Assembly (NCBI GenBank): GCA_012514125.1
Contig: JAAZAW010000288.1
Location: 1-36,317 of the forward strand
Reading direction: 5' to 3'
Length of the DNA stretch: 36,317 nucleotides
Origin: Phycisphaerae bacterium
Lineage (GTDB): Bacteria; Planctomycetota; Phycisphaerae; JAAYCJ01
Program-made: the position numbers and the translations under genes
Notes under the pieces: generated by a model
What the model was told of the DNA's origin: nothing
Seen by the model: only the letters and a program-made list of their open reading frames with translations
Databases searched by the model: none
Shown: in pieces, positions 1-8,579 of the stretch
How positions within the stretch are numbered: the first letter of the stretch is position 1
How the letters are laid out: each line of letters begins with the position of its first letter

Positions 1-135
1 ATTCGTTTTCGGGAATTTCCCATCCCAGCAGCCAGGTCTTTTCAATGCCGTGCTCGTCCATGTTTTTGACTAAGGCGTCGTGATCATATCCGTACCAATT
101 GGGGTGATTGTGGATGTCGATGATTTTACGTGTCA
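1..135 (-). CDS. Amidohydrolase-family metal-dependent hydrolase, N-terminal fragment (continues beyond the window)
   Basis: Minus-strand ATG at 133-135. My own translation is MTRKIIDIHNHPNWYGYDHDALVKNMDEHGIEKTWLLGWEIPENE. The IDIHNH (HxH) start is typical of TIM-barrel amidohydrolases. An AGGA-type RBS lies just upstream, 57 nt after the DegT stop, so it is probably co-transcribed. It is absent from the ORF track because it is truncated. Confidence 0.55.
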
Positions 136-192
136 TTGATCCTGTCCTTAAAATGTATTTACAAATGATAAAAATATTAATATTTAATTGTC

Positions 193-1434
193 TTACTTTA
201 AATATGCGTTTTCAACTTTTTTGAATGCTTCGAGGATATCGGCGATCTCCTGGTCACCAAAACTTTCGGAAATGTGCAGATTGAAATGAGTCTCGGTTAC
301 CCGGATCGCGTTATCGATTTTAATTTGAGGATTTTTCGGGCCTTTGTATTCCGCACAATTCCATGGAAATCCGCTATTTCCGAAAGTAGCTTTATTTTTG
401 AACCACGGCATTTCGCAGGGAATATGACGATAGTGGGAGGAAACCGGCATGCCCTCCGCTTCCAACGCTTTACAAAACGTTTCCTTGTCCACTTTTACCG
501 CTTCGGCGTTGAATTTAATCTTGATGAACCAATAGGATGATTCGGTTTCAGGCGTCTGCCAGCCTAAGTCTACGGATTTGAAGGACTTAAAGGCTTGTTT
601 GAGCGATTCACCCACTTTACGCCGATTTGCGACAATTCTCGGCAGTTTCTTGAGTTGCGCGCTTCCAATCGCTGCCGACAGATCGTTGAGATTGCAATTG
701 ATGCCTGCGACGACGTTTCCATCGGCATTTTCAATATTGAAGGGTTTACCGCGATCCGCAAACCGCCTGCCTTGCCAGTGGAGTTTTTCGTTGCGGGTAT
801 ACACCACGCCGCCCTGGCCGCCGGTGCAATGATGTTTGCCGAACATAGTGGAAAAGGCGGCGATATCGCCAAGCGATCCGACGAGTTTTCCTTTATATTT
901 GGCGCCGTGGGACTGGGCGCAGTCTTCAATGACGTAGATGTTTTTTGATTTGGCAAATTCCATGATCGGGTCCATATCGACCGGATCGCCGGCGATGTGC
1001 GCGACGAGAATCGCCCGCGTGCGTTCGGTAAATACAGCTTTGATTTGATCAATTGATGTGTTATAGGTTCGGGGATCGCAATCGGCGGGCACGGGCACAC
1101 AGGCATTGAAGATTAAGGGCATGACTCCGCCGGGGTCGCTGATCGGGGGGACGATCACTTCGCTGAAGGCATCGAGCTGTAAGGCGCCGAGGGCGGCGAA
1201 AACGGCATTGGTTCCGGAATTTACGCCGTCAGCAAAACCTCCGCCCATGAAATCGACAAAATCCTGTTCATATTGTTTTTCGGGTTCACCACCATAACCA
1301 AAGGCATTGCCGGATGCAATGGCCTGGTCAAAAAGTTTCATTGCCGCAGCCTTTTCTTCCTCGCCGATGAGTCCGCGAGCAGGCATGGGTTTACTTCGAA
1401 CCGGTGTTCCGCCATCAATCGCCAATTTCGACAT
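193..1434 (-). CDS. DegT/DnrJ/EryC1/StrS-family PLP-dependent (sugar) aminotransferase
   Basis: 413-aa ORF starting MSKLAIDGGTPVR. FSTMFGKHHCTGGQGG matches the family PLP-lysine context (SFxxxK...GEGG). AGGAG RBS 9 nt before the ATG. Confidence 0.85.
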   Translation of the reverse strand: MSKLAIDGGTPVRSKPMPARGLIGEEEKAAAMKLFDQAIASGNAFGYGGEPEKQYEQDFVDFMGGGFADGVNSGTNAVFAALGALQLDAFSEVIVPPISDPGGVMPLIFNACVPVPADCDPRTYNTSIDQIKAVFTERTRAILVAHIAGDPVDMDPIMEFAKSKNIYVIEDCAQSHGAKYKGKLVGSLGDIAAFSTMFGKHHCTGGQGGVVYTRNEKLHWQGRRFADRGKPFNIENADGNVVAGINCNLNDLSAAIGSAQLKKLPRIVANRRKVGESLKQAFKSFKSVDLGWQTPETESSYWFIKIKFNAEAVKVDKETFCKALEAEGMPVSSHYRHIPCEMPWFKNKATFGNSGFPWNCAEYKGPKNPQIKIDNAIRVTETHFNLHISESFGDQEIADILEAFKKVENAYLK

Positions 1435-1487
1435 ACTAAATACTCCTATAATAACAATTATATATTAAATTACATGCGTATTATACG

Positions 1488-1503
1488 TGCAATCTGTGTG
1501 CCA
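1488..1503 (-). promoter_or_regulatory. Sigma-54 (RpoN) -24/-12 promoter driving the DegT operon
   Basis: The reverse complement of 1488-1503 is TGGCACACAGATTGCA, i.e. TGGCAC-N5-TTGCA, a perfect consensus with correct GG/GC spacing. It is about 55 nt upstream of the DegT ATG at 1434, and a sigma-54 activator gene is adjacent. Confidence 0.75.
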
Positions 1504-1565
1504 AATCAAATTTCGGCCCCAAAGGCTTTTATTTGCATCATCGATATGTTAAAATATTGACAGGC

Positions 1566-1579
1566 GACAAAATTTTGTC
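1566..1579. promoter_or_regulatory. Perfect 14-bp palindrome GACAAAATTTTGTC; candidate enhancer (UAS) or auto-operator for the adjacent activator
   Basis: Self-complementary 14-mer read directly. It lies 63-76 bp upstream of the -24 element (minus-strand sense) and 13 nt before the activator start codon. Flanked by TGACAGG / TGTCAGG. Confidence 0.4.
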
Positions 1580-1591
1580 AGGAAGAAGGCG

Positions 1592-2986
1592 ATGATAACG
1601 AAAACTATTTTATTAACCAGTCATTATCCTTCCAGGGTGGTCGAAATGGTTCGTCGGCAATGGAAGGTGATTGATATTCCGGATCAGCGTGAGGCATTGG
1701 CATTTTTGCGAGCCTGCACGACGATGCCCTGGGCGATTTCCATTGGGATTGTCGATAACACCGATCCCAAAGCGTTCGACGGCAAGAGTATGCTCCGGGA
1801 GATTCATAAACTCGATGCGAATATTCCGGTGATCGTCTCTACGCATCAGCGGTCCCCGGCGGTGATCGTCGATTTTGTCAAGCATGGAGCCTTCGACTAT
1901 GTTGTTGAACCCCAAGATGACAACGATGTTGAACAGTGGACCAGTTATACACAGGATTTTATTTTTGCGTTGACCCGAGCGATGGCTTGGCGAGAAATCA
2001 TGCTTGAAAATCAACGCCTGAAGGACGATTTGATTTGCAGAGACAAGCCCGATTTCATCAAGGGTCGATCGTCCGCGGTTTTGAACGTTGTGAATTTGAT
2101 TCGCAAGGTGGCACCCACGCCGGCGACGGTTTTGATTACCGGCGAATCGGGGACAGGCAAGGAGCTTGTGGCGAGAGCGATTCATTCTCAGTCAACCAAC
2201 CGTGAACACCCTTTTACGCCGATCAATTGCGGTTCCATCAGTGAGTCGCTGCTGGCCAGTGAATTATTCGGCCACGTCAAGGGGGCGTTTACGGGGGCCG
2301 ACGCCCATCGTCAGGGTTTGTTGCGAGAGACAGGGTCGGGGACGTTGCTGTTGGATGAAATCGCGACCATTCCGCCGAGTTTTCAGGTGATGCTGCTAAG
2401 AGTTCTGGAACAGCGAACGGCGAGGCCTGTCGGGGGCACAGGGGATTACAATGTTACCTGTCGATTTCTTGCCGCAGCCAACTGCAACCTGGAAGACCTC
2501 GTTCGCGAGGATAAATTTCGTGAAGATCTTTTTTATCGTCTGAATGTTTTTCATATCCACATTCCGCCGCTTCGTCAAAGGCGGGAAGACATTCCCATTC
2601 TGGCGGATTTTTTTCTCAAGCAAACGGCGAGCCAATACGGCAAGGACATCAAAGGAATATCTCCGGGGGCGATGGAGATATTGGAAGAATACGCCTGGCC
2701 TGGAAATGTTCGGCAACTTCGCCATGCGATAGAACGGGCGACCATTCTGTGCGAAAGCGATGCCCTCGGTATTGGGGACTTTGATCCGAGGATTCGCTCG
2801 TCCACGATCGTCACCGATGGGTTTAACAGTTTGCGGTATGATCAGGCGATGATGCACTTCGAGCGAAATTTGATTCAGTCGGCGCTGGCTCAATGTCAGG
2901 GCAACCGCAGCCAGGCGGCGAACCTTCTGCACATGAACCGAACGACGTTAAGCTATCGCATCAGGCAGTTGGGGATAGAAATTTGA
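1592..2986 (+). CDS. Sigma-54-dependent transcriptional activator (bacterial enhancer-binding protein) with a degenerate receiver-like N-domain
   Basis: 464 aa. AAA+ Walker A GESGTGKE, intact GAFTGA loop (VKGAFTGA), and a C-terminal Fis-type HTH (QAANLLHMNRTTLSYRIRQLGI). The N-terminal REC-like fold starts ILLTSHYPS instead of the acidic DD pair. Confidence 0.9.
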   Translation: MITKTILLTSHYPSRVVEMVRRQWKVIDIPDQREALAFLRACTTMPWAISIGIVDNTDPKAFDGKSMLREIHKLDANIPVIVSTHQRSPAVIVDFVKHGAFDYVVEPQDDNDVEQWTSYTQDFIFALTRAMAWREIMLENQRLKDDLICRDKPDFIKGRSSAVLNVVNLIRKVAPTPATVLITGESGTGKELVARAIHSQSTNREHPFTPINCGSISESLLASELFGHVKGAFTGADAHRQGLLRETGSGTLLLDEIATIPPSFQVMLLRVLEQRTARPVGGTGDYNVTCRFLAAANCNLEDLVREDKFREDLFYRLNVFHIHIPPLRQRREDIPILADFFLKQTASQYGKDIKGISPGAMEILEEYAWPGNVRQLRHAIERATILCESDALGIGDFDPRIRSSTIVTDGFNSLRYDQAMMHFERNLIQSALAQCQGNRSQAANLLHMNRTTLSYRIRQLGIEI

Positions 2987-3018
2987 ATGAAGCTGAAAGA
3001 AAGGTCAACGGACCTTTG

Positions 3019-3131
3019 GCTTGCTTACACTATGTCGCTGAGCTTGTCGAAGCGACATGGTGTAAGCAAACAAAAGACCCTTCGACAGGCTCAGGGTCCG
3101 AAACTACGACACGTTAAAATCAAAGGCATAT
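3019..3131. repeat. Partial, inverted copy of the palindromic MITE/REP-like element family (see 27573-27719)
   Basis: GTAAGCAAACAAAAGACCCTTCGACAGGCTCAGGGTCCGAAACTACGACAC is the reverse complement of the left arm of the 27573 copy. It ends in TTAAAATCAAAGGCATAT, a degenerate terminal repeat. It fills the gap between two convergent genes. Confidence 0.6.
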
Positions 3132-4396
3132 TAGATGTTTATGAACTGACCCAGGGCTTGCCAGGTCAGATCGATCATCGTTGGAGCATATTGATCCGCT
3201 TTATCGCCCCATAGATGAGTCAATAAATCTTTCAAACCGCTTTGCGTCAGTTCGGCTGCGGATTTCGGGAGATGTGGAATCGGTTCTTTGAAGGTGTCCT
3301 GCCGTTTGATCATCGAGAGGACGCCCGCTGCGGCGCCCAAAGCCATATTCTTCGGCTCGATCCGATATCGCAACGCCAGGCGAATCGTGCCGTAAATGCG
3401 ATCGTCGTAGCTTAGTTTGCGGATATGGTCGCGTCCCACGCGGCTGACCAGGTCGTTGAGGTTTGGATTGACCATGCGTTCGAGCAGGTCATCGGCGTAG
3501 GCTTGATAGCCTGCGGGAGTAAAGAGGGAATCGCCGAGTTGGGCGTGACGCTGGATCAGGGCGGCTCCGGATTCTTCGATGAACGCTTTTCTCGCGATAG
3601 CCATGATTTGCGTATCATGGCCGGCATCCGCGATGGTATTTAAATTTTTCTGGTCGGCCAGATAGGCGATCAGGGCATGGATGGCGTTATGGCCATAAAG
3701 TTTGGCTTCTTCAAACGGCAGAAGGTCCGGTTTTTCGATGAATACTTCAATGCCACGTTTGTAGTCGGGCAGGGTGATCTTCGAAATGAGGATGCGGTTG
3801 AATTCTTCGACCAGTATTGCCCGGGGGAAGTGGGGCGTGATGGTTTGCAGGTTGAGACGTCTGATTTCATCCACATCGGTAATCACGCCGCTCATTTTGC
3901 CGACGACGGTGTTGAGGACCTGCACCTGGTTGAGTTTTTCCGGTTCCATTCGCTGTTTCAGGAGATCGGTCAAAATTTCGGCTGCGTGGTTATGATTTTC
4001 GGCGGTGTAGATAATCGTCGGAAACTCGTTCGGCCGCTGTGAAAGGCCTTTGGCAAAAAGGTCCGCGCAGCTTGGATCGCCCAAACTAAAGATATTCACG
4101 CTCGGAAGGGCGGTGGCCATTTCGTCCGATTCGGCAATGGCGGCGAGGATTTTTTTTCGATCATCGACGTCTCGTGGGTTATAAAGTTCGACACCTTTGA
4201 CGACGCTGTGGTCGATTTTATTGTTTCTTGCGATATTGACGGTGTAAGATCCGCCGTTGCTTCGGACCGCGTCGATCATGGCCTGATCGACTTCCGCTAC
4301 GACGAAGCGTTTGAAATTTTTCGACATATATGCTTCATAAAGCATAAGTGCGTTCTGAATCGGTCCGAATCCAAATCCAAAAAACGTTTTGTTCAT
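3131..4396 (-). CDS. Mannitol-1-phosphate 5-dehydrogenase (MtlD) family polyol-phosphate dehydrogenase
   Basis: Recalled MtlD blocks align: IIYTAENH (IIACENM), EAKLYGHNAIHALIAYLA (ERKLFTLNTGHAITAYLG), FIEESGAALIQRH, and NPNLNDLVSRVGRDHIRKLSYDDR ([24 protein letters not shown]). I prefer the ATG at 4396 (AGGAAT RBS) over the GTG at 4435 in the ORF track. Confidence 0.65.
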   Translation of the reverse strand: MNKTFFGFGFGPIQNALMLYEAYMSKNFKRFVVAEVDQAMIDAVRSNGGSYTVNIARNNKIDHSVVKGVELYNPRDVDDRKKILAAIAESDEMATALPSVNIFSLGDPSCADLFAKGLSQRPNEFPTIIYTAENHNHAAEILTDLLKQRMEPEKLNQVQVLNTVVGKMSGVITDVDEIRRLNLQTITPHFPRAILVEEFNRILISKITLPDYKRGIEVFIEKPDLLPFEEAKLYGHNAIHALIAYLADQKNLNTIADAGHDTQIMAIARKAFIEESGAALIQRHAQLGDSLFTPAGYQAYADDLLERMVNPNLNDLVSRVGRDHIRKLSYDDRIYGTIRLALRYRIEPKNMALGAAAGVLSMIKRQDTFKEPIPHLPKSAAELTQSGLKDLLTHLWGDKADQYAPTMIDLTWQALGQFINI

Positions 4397-4483
4397 TGTT
4401 ATATTCCTGAAATTTTGTCGGGTGCGTTTGGCCACACCATTTTTTCTTTCAAATTGTCATTTTCGTGAAAGAGGGAATCGGTT

Positions 4484-5767
4484 TTATCGCAAATTATTCT
4501 CGAGGAACTCGATTTCCTTTGTTTGATCCCAGTGATCGACGAATCGCAGATCATCGATATCCGTGCCCGGATAGAGGATGACCTTGCCGTCCACTTTGGT
4601 TTCTTCGATCATTTTAAGCACTTGCGGGGCGTGTTTGAGCGATCCGACGCCTGCGACGTAATTGCCCGGATCGACGTCTTTGTTGTAAATGGCGTCGAGG
4701 GTGGATTTCATGTCGTAGGGGTCCCCGCCGCTTGAGCCTGCGACTTTGATTTCATTGTAGTGGATCGCGATGGCATCGATTTGCAGCATATTTTTACCCT
4801 TCGGGAGTCCGCCGAAGAAATTCGCCACGCCGCCTTTGCCTAAAAGTCCCAGTGCGTTTTGTTGTACGGGTTGAACCCCGACGGCGAGGATGATATCGTC
4901 GGCACCGGCACCGTTGGTGATCTTCATGAGTTCTTCGTTAAGGTCTTTTCCGTTGATGGCGAAAAGATTGATGCCGAGTTTTTTCGCTTTTTCCGCGTTG
5001 GTTTTGAGTGCGTGATCCATGCGTTCCTGAACGAGGTCGGAAATAATCAGATTTTTCGGACGATATCGCATCGCCATCTCAAAGTGGATTCGTCCCATCG
5101 CGCCTGCACCGATGACGACGGCAGTGCCGCCTGGAAGGAGTCCGAGTTTGGGGACACGCGGCGAGAAGGGCCCATCTTTGAAAATATGATATTGCCGATC
5201 CTGAGCCGAGTAGATACATGAGATCGGTTCGGCCATTGAAACACCAAAATACGACATTGAATCGTCGGGCAAGGGCAAGAGACACTGACCTTGAAGGACT
5301 TCTTCCTGGATTAAAATATATTCCGCCAGATTGCCGCCGAGGGTATAACCGACGGCACATTTGCTCATGCCTGCGGCATTGTTTGCATATCGTTCGCGAT
5401 GGCAGATCGGAGCAACATCGACGGCGGGTTGAACCGCGAAGCGCTGTCCGGGTTTGTATTGATTTTTAAGATTATCGCCGACGGCTGCGACGGTGACCGA
5501 ACCTTCATCGCCGAGGATAACGGGAAATTTTTCCAGGTCCCAGCCGTTGATGTAGGTGTGTTTTGAACCCTGCGAAATGATTTTAAGGATCGAAGTACAG
5601 ACTCCTGCGGCATCGACTCGGCAGAGCAGTTGATTCGGCCCGGGCTGGGGTACGGGCACTTCGGAAACCTTCAGGTTTTCGAACCCCACGCCGTTTAGTG
5701 TGACGGCTTTCATGGTTTTGGGAATTTGAAATTCCTTTTGATTACGATAATTCTCAAATTTGTTCAT
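4484..5767 (-). CDS. Medium-chain dehydrogenase/reductase (Zn-ADH/polyol dehydrogenase-like) with an altered metal motif
   Basis: 427 aa. GroES-like N-domain (RVDAAGVCTSILKI), Rossmann motif VVIGAGAMGR, AAGGAT RBS before the ATG at 5767. The canonical GHE motif reads GDE here. Confidence 0.75.
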   Translation of the reverse strand: MNKFENYRNQKEFQIPKTMKAVTLNGVGFENLKVSEVPVPQPGPNQLLCRVDAAGVCTSILKIISQGSKHTYINGWDLEKFPVILGDEGSVTVAAVGDNLKNQYKPGQRFAVQPAVDVAPICHRERYANNAAGMSKCAVGYTLGGNLAEYILIQEEVLQGQCLLPLPDDSMSYFGVSMAEPISCIYSAQDRQYHIFKDGPFSPRVPKLGLLPGGTAVVIGAGAMGRIHFEMAMRYRPKNLIISDLVQERMDHALKTNAEKAKKLGINLFAINGKDLNEELMKITNGAGADDIILAVGVQPVQQNALGLLGKGGVANFFGGLPKGKNMLQIDAIAIHYNEIKVAGSSGGDPYDMKSTLDAIYNKDVDPGNYVAGVGSLKHAPQVLKMIEETKVDGKVILYPGTDIDDLRFVDHWDQTKEIEFLENNLR

Positions 5768-5830
5768 GATTTATCCTTCATAGAGAAATGTTATCGGTTT
5801 TTATGCAGGATGGTCCATGCCCATTATCTT

Positions 5831-5858
5831 CCCGCAGTCTGTAGTCTGTGGCCTGTAG
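5831..5858. repeat. Four-unit heptamer array (CCCGCAG TCTGTAG TCTGTGG CCTGTAG)
   Basis: 7-nt periodicity read directly, located just 3' of the KpsF-like stop codon (minus-strand sense). Confidence 0.45.
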
Positions 5859-5864
5859 TCATTC

Positions 5865-6827
5865 TCAGGTGATTCCCGCCCGGGTAATATCGTGCAGGTG
5901 GATCATGCCGATCGGGTGATGAGATTCGTCGCAGACCGGCAATTCGATAATCTTGTATTCGCGTAAAATTTCCAATGCTTTTACAGCCATCATATCCGGA
6001 GTGGCGAATTTGGGATTTTTTGTCATCAGGCCGGTGATTGGCTCGTCGAGATTGACTTGGCCTTTCATCAGATATCGCCGTAAATCGCCGTCGACGAAAA
6101 TGCCCACGAGACTGCCGGATTGATCGATGACGCTGGTGGCGGCGAGTTTGCTCGACGTCATGACGAGAATCGCATCACGAAGTTTTGTGTCGTCTCGCAC
6201 GACGGGATTGTCTTTGCCCGTGTGCATCAGGTGTTCGACTTTGATCAACAGCCTGCGCCCAAGCGAACCGCCCGGATGGAGCAGGGCGTAATCGTTTTGT
6301 TTAAAACCGTGAGCTTCGAGCAACACCAACGCCAGTGTGTCGCCGAGGGCGAGCATGGCCGTCGTGCTCGCTGTCGGAGCTAAATCCAATGGGCAGGCTT
6401 CACGTTTGATCGGCAGGATCAGGGAAATATCCGAATGCCGGGCAAGCTCCGAATCAGCGTTGGAGGTGATGGCGATCAAGGGGACCTTGAGATGTTTAAA
6501 ATAAGGAATGATACGCAGCACTTCGTCCGTTTGTCCTTGGTGCGAGAAAAACAGGCCGATGTCGTTTGCGGTGATCATCCCCAAGTCGCCGTGAATCGCC
6601 TCGGCAGGGTGCATGAAAAAAGCGGGTGTTCCGGTCGATGCCAGGGTCGCGGCAATTTTTTTCGCGATGTGCCCCGCCTTGCCCATACCGGTCGTGACGA
6701 CTCTGCCCTTACAGTTAAGAATGAGATTAATTGCCCGCTCGAACTCCGAATCGATGACATGGTGCAGACAGGCCACCGCGTCGGTTTCGATATCGATTAC
6801 TCGTTTTGCGATATTGATCAAATCCAT
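5865..6827 (-). CDS. KpsF/GutQ-family sugar-phosphate isomerase (SIS domain plus tandem CBS domains)
   Basis: 320 aa. GRVVTTGMGKAGHIAKKIAATLASTGTPAFFMHPAEAIHGDLGMI is the hallmark arabinose-5-phosphate isomerase SIS block, and a C-terminal CBS pair is present. Confidence 0.85.
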   Translation of the reverse strand: MDLINIAKRVIDIETDAVACLHHVIDSEFERAINLILNCKGRVVTTGMGKAGHIAKKIAATLASTGTPAFFMHPAEAIHGDLGMITANDIGLFFSHQGQTDEVLRIIPYFKHLKVPLIAITSNADSELARHSDISLILPIKREACPLDLAPTASTTAMLALGDTLALVLLEAHGFKQNDYALLHPGGSLGRRLLIKVEHLMHTGKDNPVVRDDTKLRDAILVMTSSKLAATSVIDQSGSLVGIFVDGDLRRYLMKGQVNLDEPITGLMTKNPKFATPDMMAVKALEILREYKIIELPVCDESHHPIGMIHLHDITRAGIT

Positions 6828-6871
6828 TGACTATTTTCCTGTTTAAGTTATTGATCGTACGATCATAACCA

Positions 6872-8566
6872 TTATTCGGCGACTTTCAACAATTCTTCTT
6901 CCGCCGCTTTTGTCCAGCCGCCCTGGTCGAGCTTGGCCGCAACGGTTGGAAATTTCTCGGCAAGTTTTGCCAATGGCACCAAGCCTAGTTCATGAAGCAT
7001 CGGATAGACGATAATTTTACCTGCCAGTGTTCGATTTTCAACCGCCGCCAGACCTTCGACCGCTCCGGCCATACCGCAAATCGCATCGACCGAAACGTTC
7101 GTGTCTAACTGACCTTTTTCGATTTTCGAGAGAACAATTTTCATGTCGCGAATGACCGAACCGCTCGTACCGAACATATAGCAACGATTGGCGATATACG
7201 TATCGAGGTCCAGCGCCTGTTTTACCGGAGCCGGAATTCCCGCGAAAATGTTGATTAGACATCGATCGACGCTGTCGGTAATGGCATTGGCGACCAGGGC
7301 GCCCACCGGTGCCATCAACGCGATATAACTGAATTTTTCATTCATCGGTGTTTTTTGCGGGTTGATCATACGAACCTGAACACCGTTGGATTTGGCCAGC
7401 GGCTCGGCCTTATTCATCAACGACGCCAGTCGCGCATCGTCGAAATCCGTTCCTGTCAGCGATACATTTTTCACACCGGCGCAAATATCGCGGATCACGT
7501 GCATTTGTCCCATCGGACCGCCGGCACCGATCACAACAATTTTTTCGCCTTCGCGAATTTCGCCGGTGGCGGGAATGTGTTTGTACGATTCCGCCGCGTT
7601 TTCCGACGTTGTGCCGATCCATCGCGTCATGCCGTAATGTACTCGACCGACGCCGATGATTACCGGTTCGCCGAATTTCTTCCCGCCTGTCACAAGGTTC
7701 ATCAAACCTCTGGGCGCAAGCTTGTCGTTCAGAATTTCCACCGTCGCCTTGACCGCTCCGAAGTAAATGATATCGTCGAAACTTTCATTCGCCAATAATT
7801 CAACTGAACCGACTTTCGCGACCTTCACGCCAATAGTTTCAAGTTCTTTAAATTGTGAAGCATCGGCAACAACCGCAGTAATCGCCGCCGGTTTGTTCGT
7901 CGCAACGGCGTCTTTTAACCCTTCGACTCGATGTCCAGCCTCTGCCACAACCAGCATCCTGCCGCCCGATTTCACACACTGGCGTTCAGGATTCACATAC
8001 GAATTTTCCACACACGCCCAAGGTTCGACCAGGCAAACCGCCGACGCACTGAGTCCTTCACCCACCGGGATCAAAAATCGTTCCGATGTTTTCGGGTCCA
8101 TAACAACGCGTTCATCCATCAAAACATATTCTTGCAGCGCGCCCTCAAAGTTATATCCAAACGCCGCGTTCGATCCAGCCGTTTTCAGTTCTCGATAATC
8201 CGTCTGAACCAGACATCGTTCACCAAGCTTGTGATGCCTGACCTCATCGCCGACCGCCACGATCGTGCACACCGCCTCATGCCCCGGAACCACAGGCTTA
8301 TCTCCCGGAACATAACTCGGAATTTCCTTAAGCACGTCCGGCGAAATACCGCTGACGATCTCACTCTTTCGCGCATGCTCGGTAAATTGCTTGAGCAGTT
8401 TCAAATCGGAAAAACACAATCCCACCGCCTCGATCTTCGCCACAATCTGATGCGGGCCGGGCTTGAAAACCTCTTTCACCTTGTTCAGCGTCAATTCGCT
8501 CGGACCCACCAATTGAACCGCGTATTGTGTCTTCGGGAGTTCTGCTAAATTCGTGTTCATCATCAT
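6872..8566 (-). CDS. MDR-superfamily Zn-dependent dehydrogenase with an extra inserted domain (564 aa)
   Basis: N-terminal ADH_N-like region (EAVGLCFSDLKL, PVVPGHEAVCTIVAVGDEV). A canonical GxGxxG (VVIGAGGPMGQ) appears only about 340 residues in, after an insert lacking the glycine motif. Three consecutive ATGs at the start. Confidence 0.7.
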   Translation of the reverse strand: MMMNTNLAELPKTQYAVQLVGPSELTLNKVKEVFKPGPHQIVAKIEAVGLCFSDLKLLKQFTEHARKSEIVSGISPDVLKEIPSYVPGDKPVVPGHEAVCTIVAVGDEVRHHKLGERCLVQTDYRELKTAGSNAAFGYNFEGALQEYVLMDERVVMDPKTSERFLIPVGEGLSASAVCLVEPWACVENSYVNPERQCVKSGGRMLVVAEAGHRVEGLKDAVATNKPAAITAVVADASQFKELETIGVKVAKVGSVELLANESFDDIIYFGAVKATVEILNDKLAPRGLMNLVTGGKKFGEPVIIGVGRVHYGMTRWIGTTSENAAESYKHIPATGEIREGEKIVVIGAGGPMGQMHVIRDICAGVKNVSLTGTDFDDARLASLMNKAEPLAKSNGVQVRMINPQKTPMNEKFSYIALMAPVGALVANAITDSVDRCLINIFAGIPAPVKQALDLDTYIANRCYMFGTSGSVIRDMKIVLSKIEKGQLDTNVSVDAICGMAGAVEGLAAVENRTLAGKIIVYPMLHELGLVPLAKLAEKFPTVAAKLDQGGWTKAAEEELLKVAE

Positions 8567-8579
8567 TCCTTTTCGTTTT

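Noticed and set aside
2987-3214. Small ORFs inside the repeat elements (2893-3117, 2987-3214, 11967-12152, 13667-13885)
   Set aside because: They are translations of MITE/REP-like and stem-loop repeats (peptides of the LRQAQGP and SFPRRRESR type). They overlap real gene ends and have no RBS.
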